Assembly: GCA_020137815.1 (NCBI GenBank)
Contig: CM035361.1
Span: 930,001-994,000 of the forward strand
Length of the DNA: 64,000 bases
Direction of reading: 5' to 3'
Source of the DNA: Hormiphora californensis
Lineage: Eukaryota > Animalia > Ctenophora
This document shows positions 46,165-64,000 of the stretch, in pieces (the stretch's first letter is position 1; each line of letters starts with the position of its first letter). A program made the translations under genes and the position numbers. The notes under the pieces were generated by a model. The model was not told where the DNA came from. It ran no database searches and worked only from the letters and a program-made list of their open reading frames with translations.

Positions 46165-48477
46165 TGGTTTGGTTTGGTTTGGACCACTCATCTGGGACTG
46201 TAAACAGTCACACAGCCAAGTCTCGCCGAACAGGCGAGACAGCATAGTGCCGGATCATCCTTTCGGAATCACCACCAGATCGTCTTCTGTCTGTCGTCGG
46301 TGAAAGAATATGAAATCATACTTCTAGATCTTAAAATTAAATTGTTCTCAGTAACAATCAATCAAAGCTAATCAAATCAAATCATTATATAATATTCTCA
46401 TCAATAATAAAATAAGGTGTACATGTACAATATATAAACATATGAAACATTAACAAATTATGAATGAATCATGAATGTGTTTGGAATGAAATCATTAACG
46501 AATCTTAAATAAAAACATTGAATGAATGAATTGTGATCAACATAAAATTAGAAGTGAAACAACAGTTTACGCAATTTTTGAGCGACTCTGGTGATTTTCT
46601 TTTATTGAGCAAATACACAGTTTAGTGCGATGGTGCGTGATAGTGGATTTTAAATGAGCGATCAAGAATTTAGTGAATGAAATGCGGTAATTGACTAGAA
46701 ATACTAGTGAACTGTCGAAATGAAAAACATTGGTTTTTACACGGTTTCGAGTGGTTGTGGATGATGATGGATTTGAGCGAGCGTCTCGACCTATGTCTGC
46801 TCTAATTAGTCATGTGATTAAAACTTGAATTGCGACCGTGAAAGGGCTGTATATGTGTGATATTGAGCGAGTATTGGTGAGCGGTGTATCAACAACAAAC
46901 AGTACGGACTGACAAACTTACGACCTTGATAGATGTGATGGGTACTAACTGTGACGTCTTGGTGATGAGATGAGAGGTATATCTTTTACAGTAGAGGTAA
47001 AGATACACGAGAACGATCAAACACAAATAAGGGCGGGGCAGATAAGACAATTTGTGAGTTGTTACACGCGATAAGCGACTTAGTGCACCAAAACACAAGG
47101 ATTGTCTCTGTAGCGAGGTATAAAAGAAACTGCTCTAAATTGGGAAGGGCCAGGGTGGGGGAGGTGGGTGGGGCGGAGGGGAGGGGCGGAGGGGGTGGGA
47201 GGTGGAAAGTAGAAGCTTGAGGCCAGTACAAACTTGCCGAAATAGACGTGTGTCGGGACATTTACTAAACAAGGCCGGGGGTGGGGGTAGTGTTTACTGA
47301 AATTGGGTAGTGGGGAGAAGAAGAACTGGCAATTTGTGTGCGGTGATAGTCCAAAATGGCAGCGGAAGCGAGAGTAAAAACAAAGACAATGTAAGGAGAC
47401 AAGTAGTGACAATGTGGCATATTTGATCTTGTGTGAATTCTTCGGTCGCAAAGTTATTTCTCAGTTCAATTGCAAGATTATTTTAATTAAATTTAAATTT
47501 TGAAATATGAACTTGAAATTTTGGGAGTACTTTGGACAGCATATTTACACTTTAGAAAGGTTGTAGTAGAAGCTTGAGGCCAGTACAAACTTGCCGAAAT
47601 AGACGTGTGTCGGGACATTTACTAAACAAGGCCGGGGGTGGGGGTAGTGTTTACTGAAATTGGGTAGTGGGGAGAAGAAGAACTGGCAATTTGTGTGCGG
47701 TGATAGTCCAAAATGGCAGCGGAAGCGAGAGTAAAAACAAAGACAATGTAAGGAGACAAGTAGTGACAATGTGGCATATTTGATCTTGTGTGAATTCTTC
47801 GGTCGCAAAGTTATTTCTCAGTTCAATTGCAAGATTATTTTAATTAAATTTAAATTTTGAAATATGAACTTGAAATTTTGGGAGTACTTTGGACAGCATA
47901 TTTACACTTTAGAAAGGTTGTAGTAGAAGCTTGAGGCCAGTACAAACTTGCCGAAATAGACGTGTGTCGGGACATTTACTAAACAAGGCCGGGGGTGGGG
48001 GTAGTGTTTACTGAAATTGGGTAGTGGGGAGAAGAAGAACTGGCAATTTGTGTGCGGTGATAGTCCAAAATGGCAGCGGAAGCGAGAGTAAAAACAAAGA
48101 CAATGTAAGGAGACAAGTAGTGACAATGTGGCATATTTGATCTTGTGTGAATTCTTCGGTCGCAAAGTTATTTCTCAGTTCAATTGCAAGATTATTTTAA
48201 TTAAATTTAAATTTTGAAATATGAACTTGAAATTTTGGGAGTACTTTGGACAGCATATTTACACTTTAGAAAGGTTGTAGTAGAAGCTTGAGGCCAGTAC
48301 AAACTTGCCGAAATAGACGTGTGTCGGGACATTTACTAAACAAGGCCGGGGGTGGGGGTAGTGTTTACTGAAATTGGGTAGTGGGGAGAAGAAGAACTGG
48401 CAATTTGTGTGCGGTGATAGTCCAAAATGGCAGCGGAAGCGAGAGTAAAAACAAAGACAATGTAAGGAGACAAGTAG
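46165..48477 (-). mobile_element. ORF-less retroposon (~2.3 kb): 5' tandem 357-bp monomers, unique body, 3' hairpins, (CCAAA)4 tail, 16-bp target-site duplication
   Basis: TCTAAACTAGGTGGTT at 46149-46164 and 48478-48493. (TTTGG)n abuts the left copy. Hairpins GTCTCGCC/GGCGAGAC and TCC-TTTC-GGA lie near the tail. Confidence 0.8.
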
Positions 48478-48478
48478 T
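47208..48478. repeat. Tandem array of a 357-bp unit, ~3.56 apparently identical copies
   Basis: Units start at 47208, 47565, 47922 and 48279; the ORF track repeats with a period of 357. Confidence 0.97.
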
Positions 48479-49492
48479 CTAAACTAGGTGGTTACCCCCT
48501 AGCTGTTGCTTCTTCCGGCCCAGTGCTTGTCTCTTGTGATGCTATTGGTTGATTTTCTATAAAACGGGTTTTCATTGTACAAAATTGATACAATAAAATG
48601 TTTTATGACACATTTTCTGTTGTATTTGCACTGTTCACGTGATATGTGTTCTATATTTACTGGTACACAGTACACTGTAATTATTGTTGTTGTTGGTTGA
48701 TGAAAACACCCTGTACTGGTGTTGTTTGTTCATTTTCGGCTGTAGTAATGGTATTTCATTGCTGTTGTATTTCATTGTGAAATACAGTTTCACATCGTTA
48801 CTTCAATTTTTGAACCGTTCATTCTGTGTTTGTCACCGGAGGATCGAGGAGACAGATCGCTATTTTAACCAGATTTGCTTGGCTCTTTTATTTCTCCTAA
48901 TATTTCCTGGAACTCAGGAGAAACAGAAATTGTCTCCTAATACAAGACTGTCAGGAGTAATAGTGCCATTATTACATAAGTATGAAGTGGATCTGAGATA
49001 TGATTGTAGCACCCCTCCCAGTAGTGTGAGAACATATTTCCTGAGTATGTTAGGGGCTTCCACACATATCTCACCTCTCTGAGAATGGATGCATGTAGAG
49101 GAGAGGGAGAGAGGGAGAGAGAAAGATAGAAAAGTAGAGGGCGAGAGAGAAAAAGAGAAAGATAGAGAAGTAGAGGGAGGGAGAGAGAGGTTAGAGAGAG
49201 AGAGGGAGAGAGTACTTATTCGGGATAAAGATATCATATGTCAGTGAATGATGTGTATGTGATTTGTGCTTGATTCCTGATGATGATAAATTTCAGTTCT
49301 TTTTTTGGTCTTCGATCTTCTCTTGTGTGACTTGATTTAAATTAATTGGTTGAGTAATTAGGTTTTTGCTGGTTGGTTATTATTAGCTAGGATTTGTGCA
49401 TCATTTGAGTGATTGAGTGTCAATGTATTGTATCAGGGCGTGGCTTTCTCCGATATTGCATTAACAACAATACAATGCGTTCCAGCTGGTTG

Positions 49493-49524
<32 letters not shown>

Positions 49525-51478
49525 TCTCTCTCTCTCTCACTTTCTATCTCTCCTACTACCAATTTGCTATTTCAAAGGATACATCACTTGTTGCTACTTG
49601 CAGTATCCTCCAATCACCAATGAACCTCGGCCTTCCTCACATCCTCCATTTCTTGTCCCTCTTGCTCTCTTCATCGCCCCCTGGCCCCTTTCTCTATATT
49701 CTCACTCTTTCTATCTCACTCTCTCTACCTCTCCCTCTCTCTCTTTTCAGTCCTCGCCTCTCACCCAACATCCTGTCTCACTCTAATTCTGCACACTCTC
49801 CCAGAATGAGTAGCGCAGGAATTAGAGCCAGTGCTGACAGCTCAGCAGGGAGACATGTGGGAAAGTGGTCATTTTGGGTGTGCAAGGTTACTATAATTCA
49901 TTCAGCAACTGTAAAACGTCTTGTGAATTGATTTGTGAATCCAACTGTGAATCCAACTGTGAATCCTCCTCGTGTTTGTTGAACCGCACGAGAGATCGTC
50001 GGAACTGTGAATCCTTCTGTGAATCCTAAGTCTTGTGATAGTCTTATTTGGTTTGGTTTTGGTTACACAGCCAAGTCTGTATTGTGAGAGTTGGCGTAAT
50101 GATATAGCACTTGAAGTGCTTGTACCCTCATGAGCGGATCAATACTGCACGTGTACATTTGATCTTTACAACACATGATCTTCATCATCCAACGGTTTTC
50201 CGGCATGATTTGTGCATTGTGCGGTATGTGTATATTTAAAGGGCTCCCTTACGCTGCGTCATGATATAACATATTACTCATATTTGTGTATTTCGGCCAT
50301 TTGTCAGTGATATCTGATATCTTATGACGTTATTGTGCCTTGTAATCTAGTTCTCTCAAAACTAGAACTTTAGTTTTGGTGATATCACTTTACGTTGTTA
50401 GTAATTCTGTAACAACCCTTCTAGGCACCACTCCTACCCCACTCCTCAGTCCCCTCAGCACCACTGATATGATGTTTTTCTTCTAAAAGTACCTGAGGCT
50501 TGCTTATTTGATGTTGGGGTAACGATGTTAGCAGAATTGTGAATAAGAATGCTGTATCAACCCAGGCGATGCAGTGGGAGGCTCCCACTGCTTTTTTTTG
50601 TTACTACTGTACGTGCCCTATAACGTGAGGGATCACCAACATTTGATAGCTTTACCAACTGTTCAATATATTTCTATAGTTCACCTTCGTCTGAGTTCGA
50701 TAGAAATCCAATAAACCAGTGGCAGTATATTAATTCTTTTTTTGGATCTCTTTTTATGGCCTTATTTGGTCACAAAAACGCTACCACCCCTTCGTTTATA
50801 ACCCACACCACCAACCGTTTACTGCCCCCACACGATCACTTCCCCATCTAGAACATATATTGAACCTTTCTCGTTTGTATCATTTAATCTTTCTGAATGC
50901 TATGCTTTGAATTCGACATTGACCAATGACAATAACCAACTGTGCCCACCCCAAACGAATGTTCTCCCATTTAAATACATCTAACTAATCTCTCCAATAT
51001 TGAATATTGTAGCCAAATGTAACTATATCTTCTAACCCGGAATGTTAACTAACAACTCTCCGATACAATATATCTTTTTACTTCTGACCCCTGATTGATA
51101 ACTTATCTAACTCTCTCCAATAGCCAAATGTAACTACCTTCTAACCCCTCCGACTGATAACAATGTGATATGGTTGCACCAGGGCACGATTCATATCTTC
51201 TTCCCCAGCTAGAAATCACCGAACATTCCCTAAATGACGATCAGGTACGTTTAACTAATCACATTTTGATTACAATTAATTTATGATTACAATTAATTTA
51301 ATTTATTTATGCAATAATGCAATTAAAATTAGTTGTAAAACAGGTAAGTAAGGTGGTATTATGTGAAGTTTACAATGTGGTCTTGTTTATCGCATTATAT
51401 CAGTTCAACTTGTTTTTACGATATTTTGGACCACGTTAAAAGACAAAAGTAAACAAAAGAGGTAGTTAAAAAAAGTAA

Positions 51479-52429
51479 ATGAAAAAGCTGGGTGCATTAG
51501 TTTTGGTAGTTAAGATGGATACTGTACGTGAGGAGAGTGACCTGACACTTGAGCTAAATGGGAACATCATTTCCCCCATGGACATGGCTGGAAAATCGGG
51601 AAAGACCCTTGGTATCTATCTTGATGAACAAATGGATATGAAACGTCAAATCTCCATGGTCAAGAGGAATGCTGGAGTTACTATGAGGAACCTCTGGCAG
51701 ATCCGCCGATTCATTGATAAACCTCTACGTCTGATGCTTGCCTCCCAGCTGGTCATATCCAAAGTGGACTATTGCAATGCCCTGTATTTCAACCTGCCGG
51801 CCTCTACCATCAAGCCGCTGAAAGGACTAATGAATCAAGTAATAAGATACATCCATGGAGTCAGAGAGAGGAAAGTTGATCTGGACCCCTTCTACCGTGA
51901 TTCCCATATCCTTACGATTGAGAAGAGGATTTTCTTCAAAATCTGTTTACTAGGATACAAGATCTATTATGGAAGTGCCCCTCAGTACCTTCAGGATCTA
52001 GTGGAACATGATGAAAATACTGCAGTGCAAAAGTCTACTCGTCAGAGCTGTAAAGTAGACCATTACAAGTTAAAGCTACCTTCTGGAAATGTGAAAGTGA
52101 GCAAACTGGGTAAAAGGAGAATATCCCAATATCTCCCCATGTCTGGAACAACCTACCGGAGAACCTTAGAGACGCACCTTCAGAGGACTCCTTCCGTATT
52201 CGCCTGAAGACCTACCTGTTCGATGCTACTGTTACCTTCTCTGAAAGACCTTATTTGGTTTTCGACGTCAGTCTTTAATAATTTCTTTTCGGTTATTCAT
52301 TAGTCCCCGTTTCTCACACGGTCACCCCTGCTGCTGTCACATATTTCTTTATAATCTAAGATACTTTTCAGTTTATCATTTTTGTTATTATTTTTTCTGA
52401 TTATACTTGTCACCCACAGTCACCAAGTG
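51479..52429 (+). mobile_element. 5'-truncated L2/CR1-group LINE remnant (C-terminal end of ORF2 + 3' UTR); the UTR resumes at 53737-~53762 after a nested insertion
   Basis: LGIYLD...ISKVDYCNAL...HILTIEKRIFFKICLLGYK...APQYL is typical of the post-RT region of L2-type LINEs. There is an apparent frameshift near 52140, and AATAAA at ~53746. Confidence 0.75.
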
Positions 52430-53722
52430 GAGGGTGAGATTCCTTCCCACGCCCTTGAGATGCAGGCCGCGGCTAATGTCTACTTTTTTAGATAGCAATA
52501 GTGTCCTACAGACCAGGCAGGGAATCTTCAGGGGTGACCCGGCATACCCCGGGGTAAACCATGAAGCTCTTGAACTGCCTGGAGCATCTCACATACCACT
52601 CCAAGGAAACAGAGCTGCCCTCCTTGGGTGGTGTGTTTTTCTCTCTTCCTTTCTCTAATCCGCTCATGACTCATCTCTCTCTGAATAGAGATACCCCCCG
52701 GCCGGTATTACACCATCTCCCCAGCCTTGTGCACTGGGCCAAAGTAGATGGCTAAATACCGGCCAAAACCCGTCCTCCAGCAAAAGTCCAGGCTGGAGGA
52801 GGTCTAATCTCAACTGGCCTTCCTCTACCTTCTGTCCACCTAGCCTCTGGACAGGTATAAAAGGTCTAACAAGCTAGGTCATAACTGGTTAGCTACCACC
52901 GACTCTCGGCAAAATTCCCACGCCGAGGTCGAGATAAACTCAAGGGGTGTTTCCGTAGCCCAACAGGGAGAAAATACACTAACCAGTAGCCTCGCTACTA
53001 CCTACGCTTCTTCAAAAGTCCATGAGAAGCGTAGGAGATTCCCAAATGGCGATTACCCCCCAAACGATGAAGGTAACAAACCAACATCATCCCTCTCTAC
53101 CAACAAACAAGCCTCCACAAAAACCTGATCAACAAACAGAACAAACCACTATCCCATGCTACAAAACAAATTTCTATGAGTGACACACATAGATACCTAA
53201 CCCACTAAACATTTCACACGCCAGAGTTCCGTTAATTGGGAAGGAACCTGCCCTAACTACCCCATGAACGGCCGGACGCTGCATCTGCATCACGAACAAA
53301 AAGTGATGTTCCATGAACCCGCATGGAGTACTGATTACAAATCAGAGGTTGGCAGCGCAAAATCTACAAAGGTGCCATAGTCAATGGAGCGTCCGAATTG
53401 TCCTAGCCAAGGCCACATCTAAAGCGATCAATGCTGAGATGCCACTCACCAAGGATCGCTGGAGATATCCGAGACTGGCACAATGTGAAAACAGTGCTGG
53501 TGCGGTCCTTTTCATGGGACCTGTCAAGGCAGTTATGGGAGACGATTCCACCCTTATCTCCAAAACCATGGACACAAGACGGAGGAAGAAAACTCTCCCG
53601 GGGGAAAGAGGAAACTCTGGAACCTGAGCTCCGTCCTTCTCGGGCGTGAGGAACTGGCTGCCGGACGGGATAAAATCACAAGTAGAGGATTGGAAGCGGA
53701 GGCGCATACAACAACAACAACA
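52430..53722 (+). mobile_element. 1.3-kb non-coding, hairpin-rich retroposon with (CAA)5 tail and 14-bp target-site duplication, nested in the L2-like 3' UTR
   Basis: ACAGTCACCAAGTG at 52416-52429 and 53723-53736; the (CAA)n tail immediately precedes the right copy. Confidence 0.85.
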
Positions 53723-54376
53723 ACAGTCACCAAGTGTTGAGAGTTAATAAAGTCTACTATATATGTCAGTTATATGTCACCAGTATGAGTTACCATTTAA
53801 GACCTTTTGTCAACCAATATGTCAAGATAGGATGAGAGAACCGCTATGAATGGCAACTGCTCTTCGAACCAATCGAGAGTACTTGTCTATTTAGCCGGTA
53901 TATAAATCCATTTTGTTGTTGTTGTAGTTGTTTGATGTTGCAGCTTGCTCTCTAGAACAACATTGGCTACGAAGTTACCCCTTGCCAGCGCACGTGAAGG
54001 GGTTATTTCGTAACCAAAGAACAACATACACACACATCTCGACTAAACCCCCTCTTTGAGTAGCTCTTTTGGTATGTTAAGTAATTAATTCTTTTGTCGC
54101 CTTTTAGCAAGTTACGACTTGGCATGACAACCATGTAACGTGATACGTCACAAGCTTCCAAGTATTTCACCCATGTGATTTACATATTAATATAAGGTGT
54201 GAGATTAGGGCACAATAACATAAACAATATAATGCGTTATAATATCATTATAAATCATGTGGTGGTAATTTGTAATCGCTTCTCTGTTGGCAATCAGATC
54301 TTTAGTTGCTGCAACTTCATCGCAACTCCCTAACTAGCAGGGATAAAAACAAACAACTGCTCTCTCTCTCTCTCTA

Positions 54377-54439
<63 letters not shown>

Positions 54440-54443
54440 ATCC

Positions 54444-54478
<35 letters not shown>

Positions 54479-54522
54479 ACTACACCGTATTTGTTAGGAA
54501 CCACTTTACACAGTTTGTTGTT

Positions 54523-60091
<5,569 letters not shown>

Positions 60092-61859
60092 GGTAGGTAC
60101 TGCAGTAGTTGTTGATCTTTAAATGTGTGTATGAATCTGGTCTCTGTTAGCTTCAGCCATTTGTGTTATCGGGGGGTTATCATTTACTTGGGTTTAAATC
60201 AGGTATCATGGGGGAGGGGGAGGGGTTGGACTTGATGATGAAAAAAGGTGGTATTTCTCGGAACCATCACCTCCCCCTTCCCGTTATCACAATTTCACGG
60301 CTGTACTTGTGTTGCCACAGGAACAAACCACTGGCTGAATTTCCAATAATTAGATTACTGTTTCACTGGGCCAAAATATCAGCAGACCTGTTTCACACAA
60401 GGCCAGGAGGCAGGAAGAAAAGAGATATCTGGGTTAGGTTAATAATTGCCACACGATAGTTTTCTAGGCTGATTTTAGTCATTAAAGAGCTAATCAGCAG
60501 ATGCATTTCTTTGATGCGGCAGCAAAACGAGTAGCACAATTTTAAGAGAACACGCCATGCACCTGGCACTATCACAAGAAGACATGTTGTGTAACAAGAT
60601 TTTGAAATCTTTGTAACAACCAGCAACAGTGGATAGTTTGTATGATAGGTCGAATATTTATGTTTATGGTTCAAATATCCGTTCATACCTAAACAGTAGG
60701 GGCTTCCATCGCTCCATGTACTATCACTTCGGCACGTGATCGACTCTATCGATGGAATGTATCCCTCACTACAAAGAAAGAGAGAGAGAGAGTTTTAGTC
60801 GTGGTGTTATTCATTGTGGGGTTTTTACATACCCCTACGGCCTACTCCCCTGCTATTCGGCACACATGCTAAATACAATCAATGACAAAGAAGTAGGAGA
60901 AAGACTAGAGGGGGGACGGTAGCCCAAGAGTTGGAATGTAAACTGAAAAAATTTTTGGCGTTTTTTCCCCCCTTTTTTTCCTTCAATGAAAAATGCTTGA
61001 ACCGTCAAGTGGACAAGATTGAAAAAATTTTAAACAATATTATGCCAAAAACTAACAGAAATTAGGGGGAAAGGTGACATTTTGGGTCAAACGAACCTAG
61101 CCCCCCCCGGGTTTTTTACAAAGGGAAAGAGGGAGAAAGAGGAGGGGAGGAGGGAAGGGGTAGGGAGAGAGAGAAGGAGAAGAAGCCAAAGCCCCCCGGG
61201 CGAGAAGACCGGAGAGAAGAGGAGCGTCGGGGGGAGATTCTTCCCCCTCTTCCCCTTTTCCTTCTTTCCCTCTCCTTTCCCTTTTTCCCCTTTACCTCTT
61301 CCGTAAGGGCGGGCAAAGGTGTCAGTTTGAAACAAAAATGGTCCCTTTTCCCGCCCAAATAATTTTGTTTGTTTTGGATAATTTTTGTTCATTTTTTTTC
61401 CCCGCCGGGGGTGCCCAAGGTCCACCCGGGATGCCTTTTTACTTTGTAAAAAAAGGATAGCAGGGTTTTTGAATCGAAAAACGACTTTTTTGGTATACAA
61501 AAATCGGTTTTGAGGGAATTTTTTTGGTCAACTTTCGTGCGAGGGGGGGAACGGGCGGGGCACGATTTGAAGTTGCGGAGAGTTTAAAATGGCGCCCACA
61601 AACTATTGAAAATTTATGAGGCGTGCGCGGCTATAAACTGTAACGCGCGGCAAAATTTGTTTTATATCGGCCGCGCGTTTTTGGGGAAAATGGAGAAATT
61701 GAAAAATATGTTTATTTTAACCTTTATGTACTGATTACACTTATTGTTATATTCCGTATTAATGGGCCCGCTCAACCCGGTTTTCAAAAAAAAAAAAATA
61801 TGTTTTGCGTTTTTTTCAAAAGTTCGAAAAACACAAATCCCCATTTTGCGGACAGCTTA

Positions 61860-62833
61860 ATGGCGAGTTGAATGGCAAATCGAAGAGGGCAGGGAAACAC
61901 AGCATTATGAATACATAATGCAATAATTCTTGTTGGTATTTTCTGATGTGAAATACGATGTAAGACATGTCTGGACGTAGCAGAACTTGTAAAGACCGTC
62001 AGGAATCGCTAAAGTACGAAAATTTCAATTTTGACGTCATTGTGACGTCATAGCGTGACGTCACGACGTTATAACGTCATGCTAGTAAAAAATTATTATC
62101 AGGCTCATCTAGATAAAGATGCTGACCAAGTTTGAGATCGATTGGACAAGATTTGAGGTCACTATGGCGAAAAACGCACTATCGTCATATCTATTTTCAT
62201 ACAGTCTTAAAACTTCAGACGCGATTTAAGACCCTTGGAAATAGAGTTTCACAAATTCGCTATATAGTTTCTGAAAGTTTAGACGATTATCTTTCACAAG
62301 TGTGGTCTCCATTTTTCAATCAGAAGCCGTCTTCAGGGTGTAAATTGAGCTCAAAGAAATTTGGTCGATTTGAAAAATGTCTTAACTTTATGACAGTTTT
62401 AAGGACGTTCTGGTTGGACCTAGAACATGAAAACCGTCCAATAACACAATTCAAACGATTATCTTTCGAATGCAACAAACGAGAAGTGTCTATCTCTTGT
62501 AGTTTTTCCAGAAAATTGTCTGCAAATTGTGTAAAAAAGCGTCTATATATGAATCTATATATGTATATATAGACCCGGGACATTTATTGCTTTTTCTACC
62601 ATGTCATAACTCTGAAACTAAAAGAGATAGAGACTTGCCCTTTTAAACTCCAGTAGATCTAGTCTACGTGACACTGTATACCAAATTTCAGACCGATTGG
62701 TGAAGTGGGGGCCTCGCTATGTGCGTCGCAAAATGCCATTTTTGGCTAAAAACTGAAAAAACTTATTACTGCTTTCTGGCACGCGCGGCTGGGGGGAGGT
62801 GGTGGTCACCTTTGCGCTTGCCAGCGCAGTGAT
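61860..62833 (+). mobile_element. Possible Helitron/Helentron-type non-autonomous element ending in a TGCGCT-TGCC-AGCGCA hairpin (left boundary uncertain)
   Basis: Same hairpin as 1575-1588 and similar internal short motifs (GTCATAACTCT, TGACAGTTTTAAG). Confidence 0.35.
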
Positions 62834-63022
62834 AGTTTTAGTAGATCATTGGCGATCATGGTAACTAAGTGAGCTACCCATCCCGTAACCATCATCATCT
62901 GATCCCAAACTCAAGTAGTGATAATGTATACACTATACATTTTAAGGCCAGAGGGGGGTTGACGTTTTTTGGAGTGTTTTTGAGGTATACTTTATATTAA
63001 AGCGCTTAGCAAGGCGGATCGA

Positions 63023-64000
63023 TTAAATGTATAATTGATAGCACATGCCTGGTTGATTCCGATATCCTACCGATGCGTTGTCGAACACGGAATAAAAATA
63101 AACCTGGTCCACCGTTTTACTCCAGGTAGTCATACAGTCGCCTTCAGTAAATGCTGTTCTGACAACCTATTGGAGTTAGTTGTTACTAAATAAATTCTCA
63201 AACAAACATATTCAATGAATATGTGAATAATTATTATTCATTTTGCGATTGTGGTGATATCATAATCCGTGACAGTTCGATAATACTAATAGTATATGAA
63301 CAAGCTAAGGCACTCTTTCGTTCCTTTTTTCACAAACCTGATCGCCATTGCAAGTTATGATAAACTCGTCTGCAGTTTTCTGGAACGTCCAAATTCTCAC
63401 GGTCTCCTCGGTACTCGGCTGGATGGTAAAATTCCCTTTAGTGACACATTTCAACAAAGAGTACTGCATCAGTGGCGGTGTGATAAATATATCAATTATC
63501 CCAGTCTGCGTTCCTCCGCTCAGGGAGGTTAATCTCAGGAGAGATTTGTTTGTCTTGGTAAGCACTTGGAAGGCTGGAGACGAAAAGTCAGAGATGGAGA
63601 TGAAGGATCTTTGAACTGGGTGCCAGGCTGAAAGAGAGATCTGGATGTTAGTTACTCTTCGGATTTTTATGGATTGTTATGCAGATTGTAGTGGAAGCTC
63701 TTACGGTTTTTTCCACGGTGTGCGACAAAACCGTAAGAGCTTCCACTATTGGACTTAAACTTACAATCATTTAGAAAGTACTCAGTGGATGCATCATCGA
63801 TAGTTATTAGAAAATCCAAGGCCGCCAAAGTGGCACTCCATTCATTTACACAGCTATCCGGGTACGTGAGTTGGTAAAATTGATCACCATTCAACTCTAT
63901 CACAAAAGAGTTTGATGAAGGAGTAAACTCCCAGGTGTGTACTGTGTTCATGGCGATAGCCTTACCAAGCGACACAAAATTTTCATGGCAGCCTCCCAAT
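63023..64000 (-). CDS. Partial gene with tandem ~110-130-aa extracellular-type domains; exons >64000-63765, 63627-63338, 63166-~63023
   Basis: Two homologous repeats: HTWEFTP...IELNG...CVNEWS...DFL..DDASTEYF and RIWTFQKT...IITCNG...CMTTWS...YFY..DNASVGYR. Joins are GT-AG and phase-compatible; the 3' end is uncertain. Confidence 0.65.

Noticed and set aside
47208-47262. Hammerhead-like layout in the 357-bp monomer (TGA-GGCCAGT/ACTTGCC-GAAA...GTC)
   Set aside because: The CUGANGA core is absent (AGCTTGA) and no stem I can form.
47208-48478. CRISPR-like array or coding repeat (MRPKNSHK ORFs)
   Set aside because: Head-to-tail identical units without spacers, in a eukaryotic context; the ORFs are incidental.
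60940-61850. ORFs and G/A-rich tracts after the Sec7 exons
   Set aside because: Same homopolymer-noise signature; possible assembly junction.

Overview
Eukaryotic, intron-rich, repeat-rich animal genomic DNA. It is most likely a cydippid ctenophore (Pleurobrachia/Hormiphora-like), inferred from recalled repeat families and protein domains rather than from a search. Spliced genes I can reconstruct: the 3' end of a FYVE-finger gene (+), ZC2HC1C-like (-), BBS7 (-) with an antisense nested secreted F-type-lectin/discoidin-like gene in one intron, an OST-alpha/TMEM184-family transporter (+), a multi-exon coiled-coil gene (+), cytosolic leucyl-tRNA synthetase (+), a cytohesin-like Sec7 Arf-GEF (+, incomplete) and the 3' part of an antisense gene with tandem extracellular-type domains. 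Mobile DNA includes a 5'-truncated CR1-like LINE with an open APE-RT frame, an L2-like fragment, several TA-flanked palindromic MITE families, tRNA-derived heads and two non-coding retroposons with clear target-site duplications. Best leads: (1) a candidate splice/start-site switch that could add a mitochondrial-type presequence to cytosolic LeuRS; (2) a 2.3-kb ORF-less retroposon with an L1-like 357-bp monomer array and (CCAAA)n tail; (3) a 1.3-kb hairpin-rich retroposon with a recurring loop motif. Two stretches (about 44.3-44.9 kb and 60.9-61.9 kb) look like low-quality sequence. Exon boundaries were read by eye and internal ones are approximate.
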